From Bacilli bacterium (GTDB lineage Bacteria; Bacillota_I; Bacilli_A; ML615J-28; CAG-698): a stretch of DNA of 64,000 nt. The notes beneath the pieces were generated by a model that saw only the letters and a program-made list of their open reading frames with translations, searched no databases and had not been told where the DNA came from. Numbering within the stretch: position 1 is the stretch's first letter; the number at the start of each line of letters is the position of its first letter. Below, piece by piece: positions 21,703 through 31,135 of this stretch. Location of the stretch: the NCBI GenBank assembly GCA_050953065.1, contig JBMNLZ010000002.1, forward strand, positions 1 through 64,000. Direction: 5' to 3'. The position numbers and the translations under genes were made by a program.

Positions 21703-22755
21703 ATGGATATTTCAGCATTTGATCCTAATATGCAAGAAGAGCTTCGTAGATTATTTCCACAAGAAATTAATGAAGAAGATAATACTACAGTATCTTATGA
21801 TATAGCAGAACCAGATCTTAATGAACCTAGTATTGAAGATGTTTTAGAAGTAGACAATAATCAAGATATAGAAGAAGCAATATTCGTGGAAGATGGGGAA
21901 GCAATATTAGTAGCAGATGAGGAAGATATAGAGGAGGTTGTTGAAGATGATGATTCCCTAATTAATGCTCTTAATCTTTTAGATATTAATAACGAAGTTC
22001 CTACTGAAACTCCTGTTGAAGAATCTATAGAAGATATTACAGAAGAAACTCAAATATCTGCACAATATAATAGATTCAAGGGAGCTGATTGGTTTGAAAT
22101 TGTACAAGAGCAGAATGTTATTTTAGCAGGATTAGGAGGTATAGGTAGTTGGGTAAGTTTATTTCTCTCCAGATTAGGACCTAAAACAATATCTTTATAT
22201 GATGATGATCGTTTTGAGGAACATAATTTGTCTGGACAAGCTTTTAGAATTAAGAGTTTAGGTAGATATAAAGTAGAAGAAGCTGCCTCAATAGCAACAG
22301 ATTTTAGTAATTATACTAGGTGTTATTCTTTTAGCAGTAAGTACACTGAAAGAAATAGTACTAGTAAAATAATGATATGTGGTTTTGATAACATGGGTGC
22401 TAGAAAATTATTTTATAATAAATGGAAGGAAAATATTATTCAAGAAGAATCTCACGAGTATCTGTTTATTGATGGAAGATTAACAGCAGATATGTTTCAA
22501 TTATTTTGTATACAAGGTAATGATACATATGTTCAAGGTGAGTATGAAAGGAATTGGTTATTTGAAGACGAAGATGCTGATGTTACTGATTGTACTTTTA
22601 GACAAACATCCCACATTGCAGCCATGTTAGGTACTTATATAACTACATATTTTACTAATTTTTGTAGTAATCTATCTCCTGACAATTTTCCAAAGAGAAT
22701 ACCTTGGTTTATGGAGTATAATTCAATAGTTAATACATATGATTTTAAATACTAG
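21703..22755 (+). CDS. ThiF/E1-like adenylyltransferase with acidic N-terminal extension
   Basis: Motifs AGLGGIGS, YDDDRFEEHNLSGQ, K, GFDNMGAR and IDGR. Candidate catalytic Cys in VTDCTFRQT. Confidence 0.9.
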   Translation: MDISAFDPNMQEELRRLFPQEINEEDNTTVSYDIAEPDLNEPSIEDVLEVDNNQDIEEAIFVEDGEAILVADEEDIEEVVEDDDSLINALNLLDINNEVPTETPVEESIEDITEETQISAQYNRFKGADWFEIVQEQNVILAGLGGIGSWVSLFLSRLGPKTISLYDDDRFEEHNLSGQAFRIKSLGRYKVEEAASIATDFSNYTRCYSFSSKYTERNSTSKIMICGFDNMGARKLFYNKWKENIIQEESHEYLFIDGRLTADMFQLFCIQGNDTYVQGEYERNWLFEDEDADVTDCTFRQTSHIAAMLGTYITTYFTNFCSNLSPDNFPKRIPWFMEYNSIVNTYDFKY

Positions 22756-23434
22756 TATTATTGATAATAGTCTTGACCAACTTCCCGTAAATTTACGACC
22801 TTATAGTGTTAGTTATGTTAGAAATTATGGAAATAGAGTACCATCGGGTAAAAATGTAATAGTATTACCAGATATTAAAATACCTATTTTTGTAGATAAG
22901 GAAGTATATCTTACTGATAATGGTATGGAAAAATTTATCATAACAGTATCTAAAGGTACCAACGTGTCTTACAAGACTTTTAGTAAAAAGTTATTAGGCA
23001 CTTTTAAAAATGGCACTGGTAGCTCACCACATTTAACATTATTACAATTAAAAGATTATTACTATTTTATTGGTAAAGGTATTATAACAGATGAGAATTT
23101 TAATCCATTAGTGTTAGTTACTTTTGATAATGTTAGTGATAAATATGATGGGGATAGGAGAAGTAATATTTTAAAAATGGAATGCGTGGATGTGTATTAT
23201 AGTAGAGTTATATTTTCTGAGGATTTCATAAAAAATCAAATCCCCATGTTTAATAATATCACCAAGAAGATAATGCCTTATTTCATGGGATATGCTATAA
23301 AACAGCATATTAAAAATGATTTAAATATTTGGGGAAGGACAATTGTGGATTCTTCAAGAAGCATTGATTCATATAATGATATTATATTAGAAAATTTAGA
23401 TGAGTTTAAAACAGAATTTATTAGGGGATTATAA
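22739..23434 (+). CDS. Hypothetical phage protein
   Basis: 231-aa ORF overlapping both neighbours. Confidence 0.7.
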   Translation: MILNTSIIDNSLDQLPVNLRPYSVSYVRNYGNRVPSGKNVIVLPDIKIPIFVDKEVYLTDNGMEKFIITVSKGTNVSYKTFSKKLLGTFKNGTGSSPHLTLLQLKDYYYFIGKGIITDENFNPLVLVTFDNVSDKYDGDRRSNILKMECVDVYYSRVIFSEDFIKNQIPMFNNITKKIMPYFMGYAIKQHIKNDLNIWGRTIVDSSRSIDSYNDIILENLDEFKTEFIRGL

Positions 23435-24098
23435 TGTATTTATTAAAGATAGTACTTTAATCCCTTTATTAAATATTTTACAAGAAGAATATTCTAATAA
23501 AATAGTATTTCCAGAGAAAAACAATGTATTCAAAGCATTTAAAACAACTTCTTTAAAAGATTTAAAGATAATAGTACTTGGGAAGGATCCATATCCTCAA
23601 AAGGGGTATGCAACAGGGTTGGCCTTTGCCAATCCCCCAGGTGCAAATCCTATAAGCCCTAGTTTAGAAGTTATTAGAGAAAATATATATTTTAACTTCT
23701 ATCAAGAGAATTATTTAGATATGCCATTAGGAGACCCCTATGATTATCAATTTGATTACACTCTTGAAACTTGGGCCAAGCAAGGTGTTTTACTTTTGAA
23801 TAGTGCTTTGACAGTGGTTGAACATCTTCCAGGAAGTCATGGTAATATTTGGTATAATTTCATCAAGGAACTTTTAATAAATATATCAGATACTAATACA
23901 GGTATTATATATTTCTTATTAGGAGGAGATGCTAAACAATTTAAATCTTTTATAGGTAAGTATAATTATATATTTGAATATGAACATCCTGCTTATGCTG
24001 TTAGAAAAGGGATTAATTGGGAGTTTGAGGGTTTTGTAGAAGCTAATCATATATTGAATAAGCTTTACAATACCGAAATTAAATGGTTAAATGAATAA
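23400..24098 (+). CDS. ung: Uracil-DNA glycosylase, family 1
   Basis: Motifs VFKAF, LGKDPYP, ATGLAF, SPSL, WAKQGVLLLNSALTV and HPA. Confidence 0.9.
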   Translation: MSLKQNLLGDYNVFIKDSTLIPLLNILQEEYSNKIVFPEKNNVFKAFKTTSLKDLKIIVLGKDPYPQKGYATGLAFANPPGANPISPSLEVIRENIYFNFYQENYLDMPLGDPYDYQFDYTLETWAKQGVLLLNSALTVVEHLPGSHGNIWYNFIKELLINISDTNTGIIYFLLGGDAKQFKSFIGKYNYIFEYEHPAYAVRKGINWEFEGFVEANHILNKLYNTEIKWLNE

Positions 24099-24108
24099 AA
24101 AGATACAA

Positions 24109-27100
24109 AGGAACTGTAACTGTATATGTTTTAGATTCAGTAATACCAGATTTAGAAATTGTTACTGTATAACTAACAACTGTATCAACAGATGGTCTAG
24201 CAACTACATGACCATAGTTATTAATAACTCCAGGATTACCCGATGAAAAACTAATCGTATAACCACTGTATAATTTTCTGTATTGATATTCTGCTTTAAC
24301 CATTTTAGCAAATACAGGAGTGTAAAGTCCTGATTCTCTTAATTCTTGAGGACAATTCTTACCCATAAAATGATTATGTTGTTTTACTCTATCTGTTGCA
24401 AGTGAATATCTCATTAAGATATCAGCAGTTAATTTAGCAGTCCTATGCCAAGTCATATATAAATCATTGTCTTCATGTTGACACATTTCAATTCCTATTC
24501 CATTCATATTACCACCAGTAATACATGTTACACCGTAAGTAGTATTGTAGTATGTGCTTCCTGCTGCTCTAGTTCCATCTCCTGCATGCCATGCTACACT
24601 TGATTCTTTAACAACACTGTATACAGAATTAGCATCAACACAATAATGGATAGATACATCAGCTGTTGAACAATAACTAGCAGTATTACGAGCACCTGCT
24701 CCTACATTATTATTTCCAGTATGATGGATTACAACATACCAAACCGATGACATTGCTTGATGATATCGCCCATAGAATTCAGTATTAACAGAATGAGTAC
24801 CTGGCCAGAAATATGAAACACTTCCTCTAGTTTCTTCTGTTTTAGTTGTATTACCATATGTTAGAACATTTCTAGATAAAGTCCTACTTACTAAATATTG
24901 TTCTAACCAATTAAATACTGCTGTATGATGAACTACATTTCCTGAACCAACTATAATATAAGCTGTAGCTTGAATTGTTGGATTTGAAATTAGGTTAGCA
25001 GTAATTACTGCTGTACCTGAACCAACTCCAGTAACAAGCCCTGTTGAAGAGATTGTTGCAATTCCTGTATCGCTACTTGTCCATGTAACGTTAGTATCAC
25101 CTGTAGTACTTGAAATTGAAAGTTGAGTAGTACTTCCAACACTAATTACAGACCCACCTGAATATAGAATTGAAATTTCAGCTGAATAGTCTTCATATAC
25201 TTTAATTGCATATGTTCCTCTTTGAGAAGAATCTGTTTTTAATACAGCTGTAATTGTTGCATACCCTACACTCTTTCCATCTACTTTTCCATAATCTCCA
25301 ACTGTAGCTACAGTTGTATTACTACTTGACCAATTATAGTTATATCTACTAGTAGCACCAGTTATTGTTAACTCAATTGATTGGCCTAAAATAATTGAAG
25401 GTGAAGAACCTATTAAAAGTTTTAAGTCCAAAGGTCCTGTTTTAGTTCCAGGAGCTGGATACGTATTAGCTGCTACTGTAATATTAACAGTTGCTTTAAT
25501 AGTAGGATCTGATACTAATGAAACAGTAATTGTTGCAGAACCTATTCCTTTAGCTGTAACTACTCCTGAAGAAGATACTAAAGCAACTGCTGTACTACTT
25601 GTACTATATGTTACTGCATAATTAGTTGTTCCTGTAATTGTTGGAGTAATCTTAGTTTGTTCATCAACAACTAAAGCATTTTTACCAATCGCTAAAGTAA
25701 TAGTTATAGTAGGCGCTGGATTTGTAACTGTTACTGCACATGTTGCTTTTAATGCTGTATTAGCAACTGAAGTTGCTGTAATTGTTGCACTACCAGCTGC
25801 AACTGCTGTTACAACACCACTTGAAGATACTGTTGCTACACTTGTATTACTACTTGTCCAAGTAACTGCTGTATTAGTTAAATTAGAAACTGTAGCAGTT
25901 AATGTTTTTGTTTGGCCCTTTATAATACTGGCTGTTGCATCTGAAATTGTAATTGCAGGTGCATTAACAACTGTTACAACACACACAGCAGTTAAACTAG
26001 TATTACCCGCTGCTGTTGCTGTGATTGTTGCTGTACCTGTTGCTACCGCTGTAACTTTACCACTACTATCAACTGTTGCAACTGCAACATTATTACTTGT
26101 CCAATTAACCGCTGTATTAGTTAGATTTAAAACTGTAGCAGTTAATGTTTTAGTTTCTCCTTTTATAATACTTGCTGTTGCATCTGAGATTGTAATTGTC
26201 GGTGCATTAACAACAGTAATCATATAAGTCGCTGTTACTTGAAAAGCTGCAATTGAAGTTACTGTAATTGTAGTTGTCCCTGCTGCTTTTGCAGTTACAA
26301 GTCCTGTTGCAGAAACTGTTGCAACACCCGTATTACTACTTGTCCAACTAACTGCTTGACTAGCAGTACTTGGGTTAACAGTGGCTGTTAACTGAGTAGT
26401 TGCACCAACTGTAATAGTTTTATTACCAGTTATACTTATTGAAGAAGGCATTCCAATTACTTTTACTGAAACGCTATCAAATATATCAGGGTTACTTACT
26501 AGAGTTACTGTGATTTTAACATTTCCACCAGCAACACCTGTTACCCAACCATTTTGATCAACTGTTGCAATTGTTTGATTTTCTGAACTATATAAAACAG
26601 CCCCTGTTGCATCACTTGGTGTAAATTCATGAGTTAGTTTAATTTTACTTCCAGCCAAAACCTCAGTCGTGCCTGATAATGTAATCCCAGTTACAGAAGT
26701 ATCGCTAGATGAAGTGTCTCTTACAACAATTGTACATTTAGCATAAATTGTAGGATCTGCTTTAAGTGTTGCTACTATATTCACTATTCCAGCAGCTACA
26801 CCTGTTACTTTACCTGTTTGATCAACTGTTGCAACTTCAGTATCTTCACTTGACCAAGTTACAGCAAAATCTAAATTGACATCTGGTGTTACAGTTAATT
26901 GACTTATTTCTCCCACATCTAGTATGAAATCACCAGAAATAGTAAGTGCTGTAATTATCGGAGTAATGCCTGGAGTATCATCTCCTGGATCATCTCCTGG
27001 GTCAGTTCCTGGATCATCATTTGCTGCTACGATAATATTAACTGTTACCATTTTGTTTCCATAAATCGCAACAGCAGTAATACTAGCAGAACCAGCACCA

Positions 27101-27636
27101 ACTGCTACAACTAAACCAGTGTTTGTAACTGTTGCAACACTTGGATTAGTACTAATCCAAGTAACTAGCCCATCATAGTCTTCGTTATTTTCTTTAAATT
27201 GTAATTGAACTACTTCTCCTATTTGATACTCCTTAAGTCCACCTTGAACAACAATAGAATAATCTTTTTCTACGTTTTCACCGTTTCCATCATTACCATC
27301 CCCACCATCGCCAGTGCCTGATGATGGATTAACTATTACTACAACATTAGCCGAAATATTATGGCCAACTAGCGTTGCCTTAATTGAAGTAATACCTTCT
27401 TTTAACGCAACAACTTCTCCTGTTGCACTAACAGTTATTATTGTATCATCATATTCGCTATAACTTATTTGATAGTCAGTAACTCCAACTACCATCGGTA
27501 ATAGCTGATAAGTTTTACCTTCTTCTAACTCAAGATTTGATGAGCCAAAAGAAAGAGAAATATTGCTCATCGTTGGTAAACAACCAACCAAAAACAATAA
27601 ACTAAAACTAAACAAAATTAGAATAATTTTTTTCAT
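24109..27636 (-). CDS. Lipoprotein with Big_2 Ig repeats and C-terminal N-acetylmuramoyl-L-alanine amidase (Amidase_2); 3' end truncated at the junction
   Basis: LVGC lipobox, repeated WxSSNxxVATV, and amidase motifs VIHHTG, IHYCVD, AWHAGDG, GIGIEMC and KQHNHFMGKNCP. The ORF tail LYLFIHLTI (to 24079) is read from the phage segment. Confidence 0.88.
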
Positions 27637-27757
27637 AACTTTTACCCCACTTTTTAATTCTATTAATACCTGTTTACGCTTATATTATATCATATTTATT
27701 TTTTTTAAAAAAGATATTTATATAAAAGCAAAAATCCTTTTATATTAATTAAGGGAT

Positions 27758-27787
27758 AAAAAAGTTGGTGTTTTTACCAACTTTTTT
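27758..27787 (-). terminator. Intrinsic terminator
   Basis: AAAAAAGTTGGT-GTTTTT-ACCAACTTTTTT hairpin after the stop at 27800. Confidence 0.7.
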
Positions 27788-27799
27788 ATGTAACCTTTT

Positions 27800-30700
27800 T
27801 TATAATACTATTTCTGATCTATCCCTTTTACCACTAACAGCTGCTCCTACAGTACCAGGAACTGTAACTCTATAAGTTTTAGATTCAGTTATTCCTGCTT
27901 TAGAAACTTTAATTGTATAACTTACTACTGTATCAGAAGCAGGTTTAGAAATTACATGCCCATAATTATTAATAATTGATGTATTGCCTGATGAGAAAGT
28001 AATTGTAAAAGTATTATATAATGTTCTATATTGATATTCTGCTTTAACCATCTTAGCAAACACTTCAGTATAAAGTCCTGATTCTCTTAATTCTTGAGGA
28101 CAGTTCTTACCTGAGAAATGGTTATGTTGTTTAACTCTACTTGTAGGAAGTGAATATCTTGCTAAAATATCCGCAGTTAATTTAGCTGTTCTATGCCATG
28201 TCATAAATAGGTCATTACCTTGGTCTTGAGTCATTTCAATACCAATTCCATTAGATCCACCACCTGTAATACAAGTTGCACCATATGTAGAGTTATAATA
28301 AGTACTTCCTGCTGGTCGCATTCCATCTCCTGCATGCCATGCTACACTTGATTCTTTAACTCCACTATATACAGATTTAGCATCAACACAATAATGGATA
28401 GATACATCCGCTGTTGAACAATATCTAGCTGTCATACGAGCATCAGCTCCTAAGTTATTATTTCCAGTATGGTGAATTACAACATACCAAACTTTTGTCA
28501 TTGCATTATGATAACGTCCATAATATTCTTTATTAATTGTGTTTGTACCTGGCCAGAAATATGAAACGCTTCCTAGAGTTCTTTCAGTTTTACGTACATT
28601 TCCATAAGTGTAAACATTTCTAGATAATGTTCTAGTAACTAAGTATTGTTCTATCCAACTAAACACTGCACCATAATGAACAACTCCACCTGAACCACTT
28701 GAACCAACTGTTAAAATAATTGTACCTCTTCCCTTTGAAGGATGAGTTACTGTGATTGTTGCAGATCCAGTTGCTAAAGCTGAAATTGTTCCATATGAAG
28801 AAACTGTTGCAATACTACTATTGCTTGATGAGAATGTACATTCAAGTCTTGATACATCATTTCCGCTTGAATCTTTAACATATAATTGATAACCACTTGC
28901 TCCTACTGGTATAGTTCCAGTTGGACTTTGTGTGATTGTCAAAGTTCCTGCAGGAGGAGGTGTTGTGCCACCACCAGATCCAATTGTTAAAACAATTGAG
29001 CCTGTTCCTTTTGAAGGATGAGTTACAGTAATTGTTGCAGTTCCATTTGCTAAAGCTGAAATTGTTCCATATGAAGAAACTGTTGCAACACTAGAATTAC
29101 TTGATGAGAATGTACATTCAAGTCTTGAAATACTAGCTCCACTTGAATCGTTTACATATATTTGATAACCACTTGCTCCTACTGCGATTGTTCCAGTTGG
29201 ACTTTGTGTTATTGTTAAAGAACCACTAGGGGCTGCAGTAACTGTTACTGCACATGTTGCTTTTAATGCTGTATTAGCAACTGAAGTTGCTGTAATTGTT
29301 GCATTACCAGCTGCAACTGCTGTTACAACACCACTTGAAGATACTGTTGCTACACTTGTATTACTACTTGTCCAAGTAACTGCTGTATTAGTTAAATTAG
29401 AAACTGTAGCAGTTAATGTTTTTGTTTGGCCCTTTATAATACTGGCTGTTGCATCTGAAATTGTAATTGCAGGTGCATTAACAACTGTTACTAAACAATT
29501 CGCTTTTAAACTACCATTAGCAGCACTTGTTGCTGTGATTGTTGCAGTGCCTATTGCAACTGCTGTTACTTTACCACTACTATCAACTGTTGCTACACTT
29601 GTATTACTACTTGTCCAATTAACCGCTGTATTAGTTAGATTTAAAACTGTAGCAGTTAATGTTTTTGTTTGACCCTTCACTATACTTGCTGCCCCATCTG
29701 AAATTGTAATTGTAGGCGCACTAACAACTGTAATTGCAAATGAACCTGTTACTTGATTAGATGCAAGCGAAGTTGCTGTTATTACAGCAGTCCCTGTCGC
29801 TTTTGCAGTTACAAGTCCTGTTGCAGAAACTATAGCAACGCTTGTATTACTACTTGTCCAACTAACTGCTTGACTAGCAGTAATTGGATTAACAGTAGCT
29901 GTTAATTGAGCAGTTCCGTTAACTGTAATAGTTGTATTACCAGTTATACCTATTGAAGAAGGCATTCCAATTACTTTTACTGAAACGCTATCAAATATAT
30001 TAGGGTTATTTACTAGGGTAACTGTAATTTTAACAGATCCACCAGCAACACCTGTTACCCAACCATTTTGGTCAACTGTTGCAATTGTTTGATTTTCTGA
30101 ACTATATAAAACAGCTCCTGTTGCTTCACTTGGTGTAAATTCATGAGTTAGTTTAATTTTACTTCTAGCCAAAACTTCAGTCGTACCTGATAATGTTATA
30201 CCAGTCACAACAGTTTCACTTGATGAAGTATCTCTTACAACCATTGTACATTTAGCATAGATAGTAGGATCCGCTTTAAGTGTTGCTACTATATTTACTA
30301 TTCCAGCAGCTACACCTATAACTTTACCATTTATATCTACTGTTGCAACTTCAGTATCTTCGCTTGACCAAGTAACATCAAAATCTAAATTGACATCTGG
30401 TGTTACAGTTAATTGACTTATTTCTCCCACATCTAGTATAAAATCACCAGAAATAGTAAGTGCTGTAATAATTGGAGTAATGATTGGATCACCACCGCCA
30501 GCAACTGTAATATTAACTGTTACCGTTTTGTTCCCATAGATTGCAGTAATGCTACTAGAACCACCGCTAACTGCTAAAATTAAACCAGTGCTTGATACTG
30601 TTACAACATTAGGATTAGTACTAATCCAAGTAACTGCACCATCATAATCTTCGTTGTTTTCTTTAAATTGTAATTGAGCAGTTTCTCCTACTTGATAATC

Positions 30701-31087
30701 TTTAAGTCCACCCTCAACAACAATAGAATAATCTTTTTCGTTGTTACCATCTCCCCCACCAGTACTAGATGCCGGAATAACTGTTACTACAACAATAACA
30801 GAAATATTTTGGCCAACTAGTGTTGCCTTAATTGAAGTAACACCTTCTTTTAATGCAACAACTTCTCCTGTTGTGCTAACAGTTAATATTGCCTCATCAT
30901 AATCGCTATAGCTTATTTGAAAATTACTAAGCCCTGCTACTCTCGGCAATAACTGATAAGTTTTCCCTTCTTCTAACTCAATGTTTGATGAGTCGAAAGT
31001 AAGAGAAACATTTTCCATTGCTATTGGTAAACAACCAACTAAAAACAATAAACTAAAACTAAACAAGATTAAAACAATTTTTTTCAT
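27800..31087 (-). CDS. Lipoprotein with Big_2 repeats and Amidase_2 domain (paralog 2)
   Basis: Lipobox, Ig repeats, IHHTG...AWHAGDG...GIEM...KQHNHFSGKNCP. Confidence 0.9.
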   Translation of the reverse strand: MKKIVLILFSFSLLFLVGCLPIAMENVSLTFDSSNIELEEGKTYQLLPRVAGLSNFQISYSDYDEAILTVSTTGEVVALKEGVTSIKATLVGQNISVIVVVTVIPASSTGGGDGNNEKDYSIVVEGGLKDYQVGETAQLQFKENNEDYDGAVTWISTNPNVVTVSSTGLILAVSGGSSSITAIYGNKTVTVNITVAGGGDPIITPIITALTISGDFILDVGEISQLTVTPDVNLDFDVTWSSEDTEVATVDINGKVIGVAAGIVNIVATLKADPTIYAKCTMVVRDTSSSETVVTGITLSGTTEVLARSKIKLTHEFTPSEATGAVLYSSENQTIATVDQNGWVTGVAGGSVKITVTLVNNPNIFDSVSVKVIGMPSSIGITGNTTITVNGTAQLTATVNPITASQAVSWTSSNTSVAIVSATGLVTAKATGTAVITATSLASNQVTGSFAITVVSAPTITISDGAASIVKGQTKTLTATVLNLTNTAVNWTSSNTSVATVDSSGKVTAVAIGTATITATSAANGSLKANCLVTVVNAPAITISDATASIIKGQTKTLTATVSNLTNTAVTWTSSNTSVATVSSSGVVTAVAAGNATITATSVANTALKATCAVTVTAAPSGSLTITQSPTGTIAVGASGYQIYVNDSSGASISRLECTFSSSNSSVATVSSYGTISALANGTATITVTHPSKGTGSIVLTIGSGGGTTPPPAGTLTITQSPTGTIPVGASGYQLYVKDSSGNDVSRLECTFSSSNSSIATVSSYGTISALATGSATITVTHPSKGRGTIILTVGSSGSGGVVHYGAVFSWIEQYLVTRTLSRNVYTYGNVRKTERTLGSVSYFWPGTNTINKEYYGRYHNAMTKVWYVVIHHTGNNNLGADARMTARYCSTADVSIHYCVDAKSVYSGVKESSVAWHAGDGMRPAGSTYYNSTYGATCITGGGSNGIGIEMTQDQGNDLFMTWHRTAKLTADILARYSLPTSRVKQHNHFSGKNCPQELRESGLYTEVFAKMVKAEYQYRTLYNTFTITFSSGNTSIINNYGHVISKPASDTVVSYTIKVSKAGITESKTYRVTVPGTVGAAVSGKRDRSEIVL

Positions 31088-31135
31088 AATAAACCCTCAC
31101 TTTTTCTTATATTTATTTTTTATATTTTTTTTAAA

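Larger units (their letters stand above)
18753..24108 (+). mobile_element. Phage-like segment (possibly Crassvirales-like), truncated at both ends
   Basis: Abrupt switch to very AT-rich, overlapping co-directional genes including a UDG. Begins mid-gene and ends after MNKKIQ of a next gene starting at 24091. Confidence 0.65.

Noticed and set aside
18726-24108. Idea that the Ubl operon is a CRISPR-associated module or a phage integrated into the array
   Set aside because: The repeat and the gene are both truncated at the junction, the array does not resume, the other flank is bacterial, and composition differs. Concatenation is the simpler explanation.
24079-24108. Convergent overlap between the UDG and amidase paralog 1
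   Set aside because: The LYLFIHLTI tail is read-through into the neighbouring segment. Paralogs end differently.
18753-24108. Stop-codon reassignment, as found in some crAss-like phages
   Set aside because: Genes are full-length and tightly packed under the standard code, so no recoding is needed.
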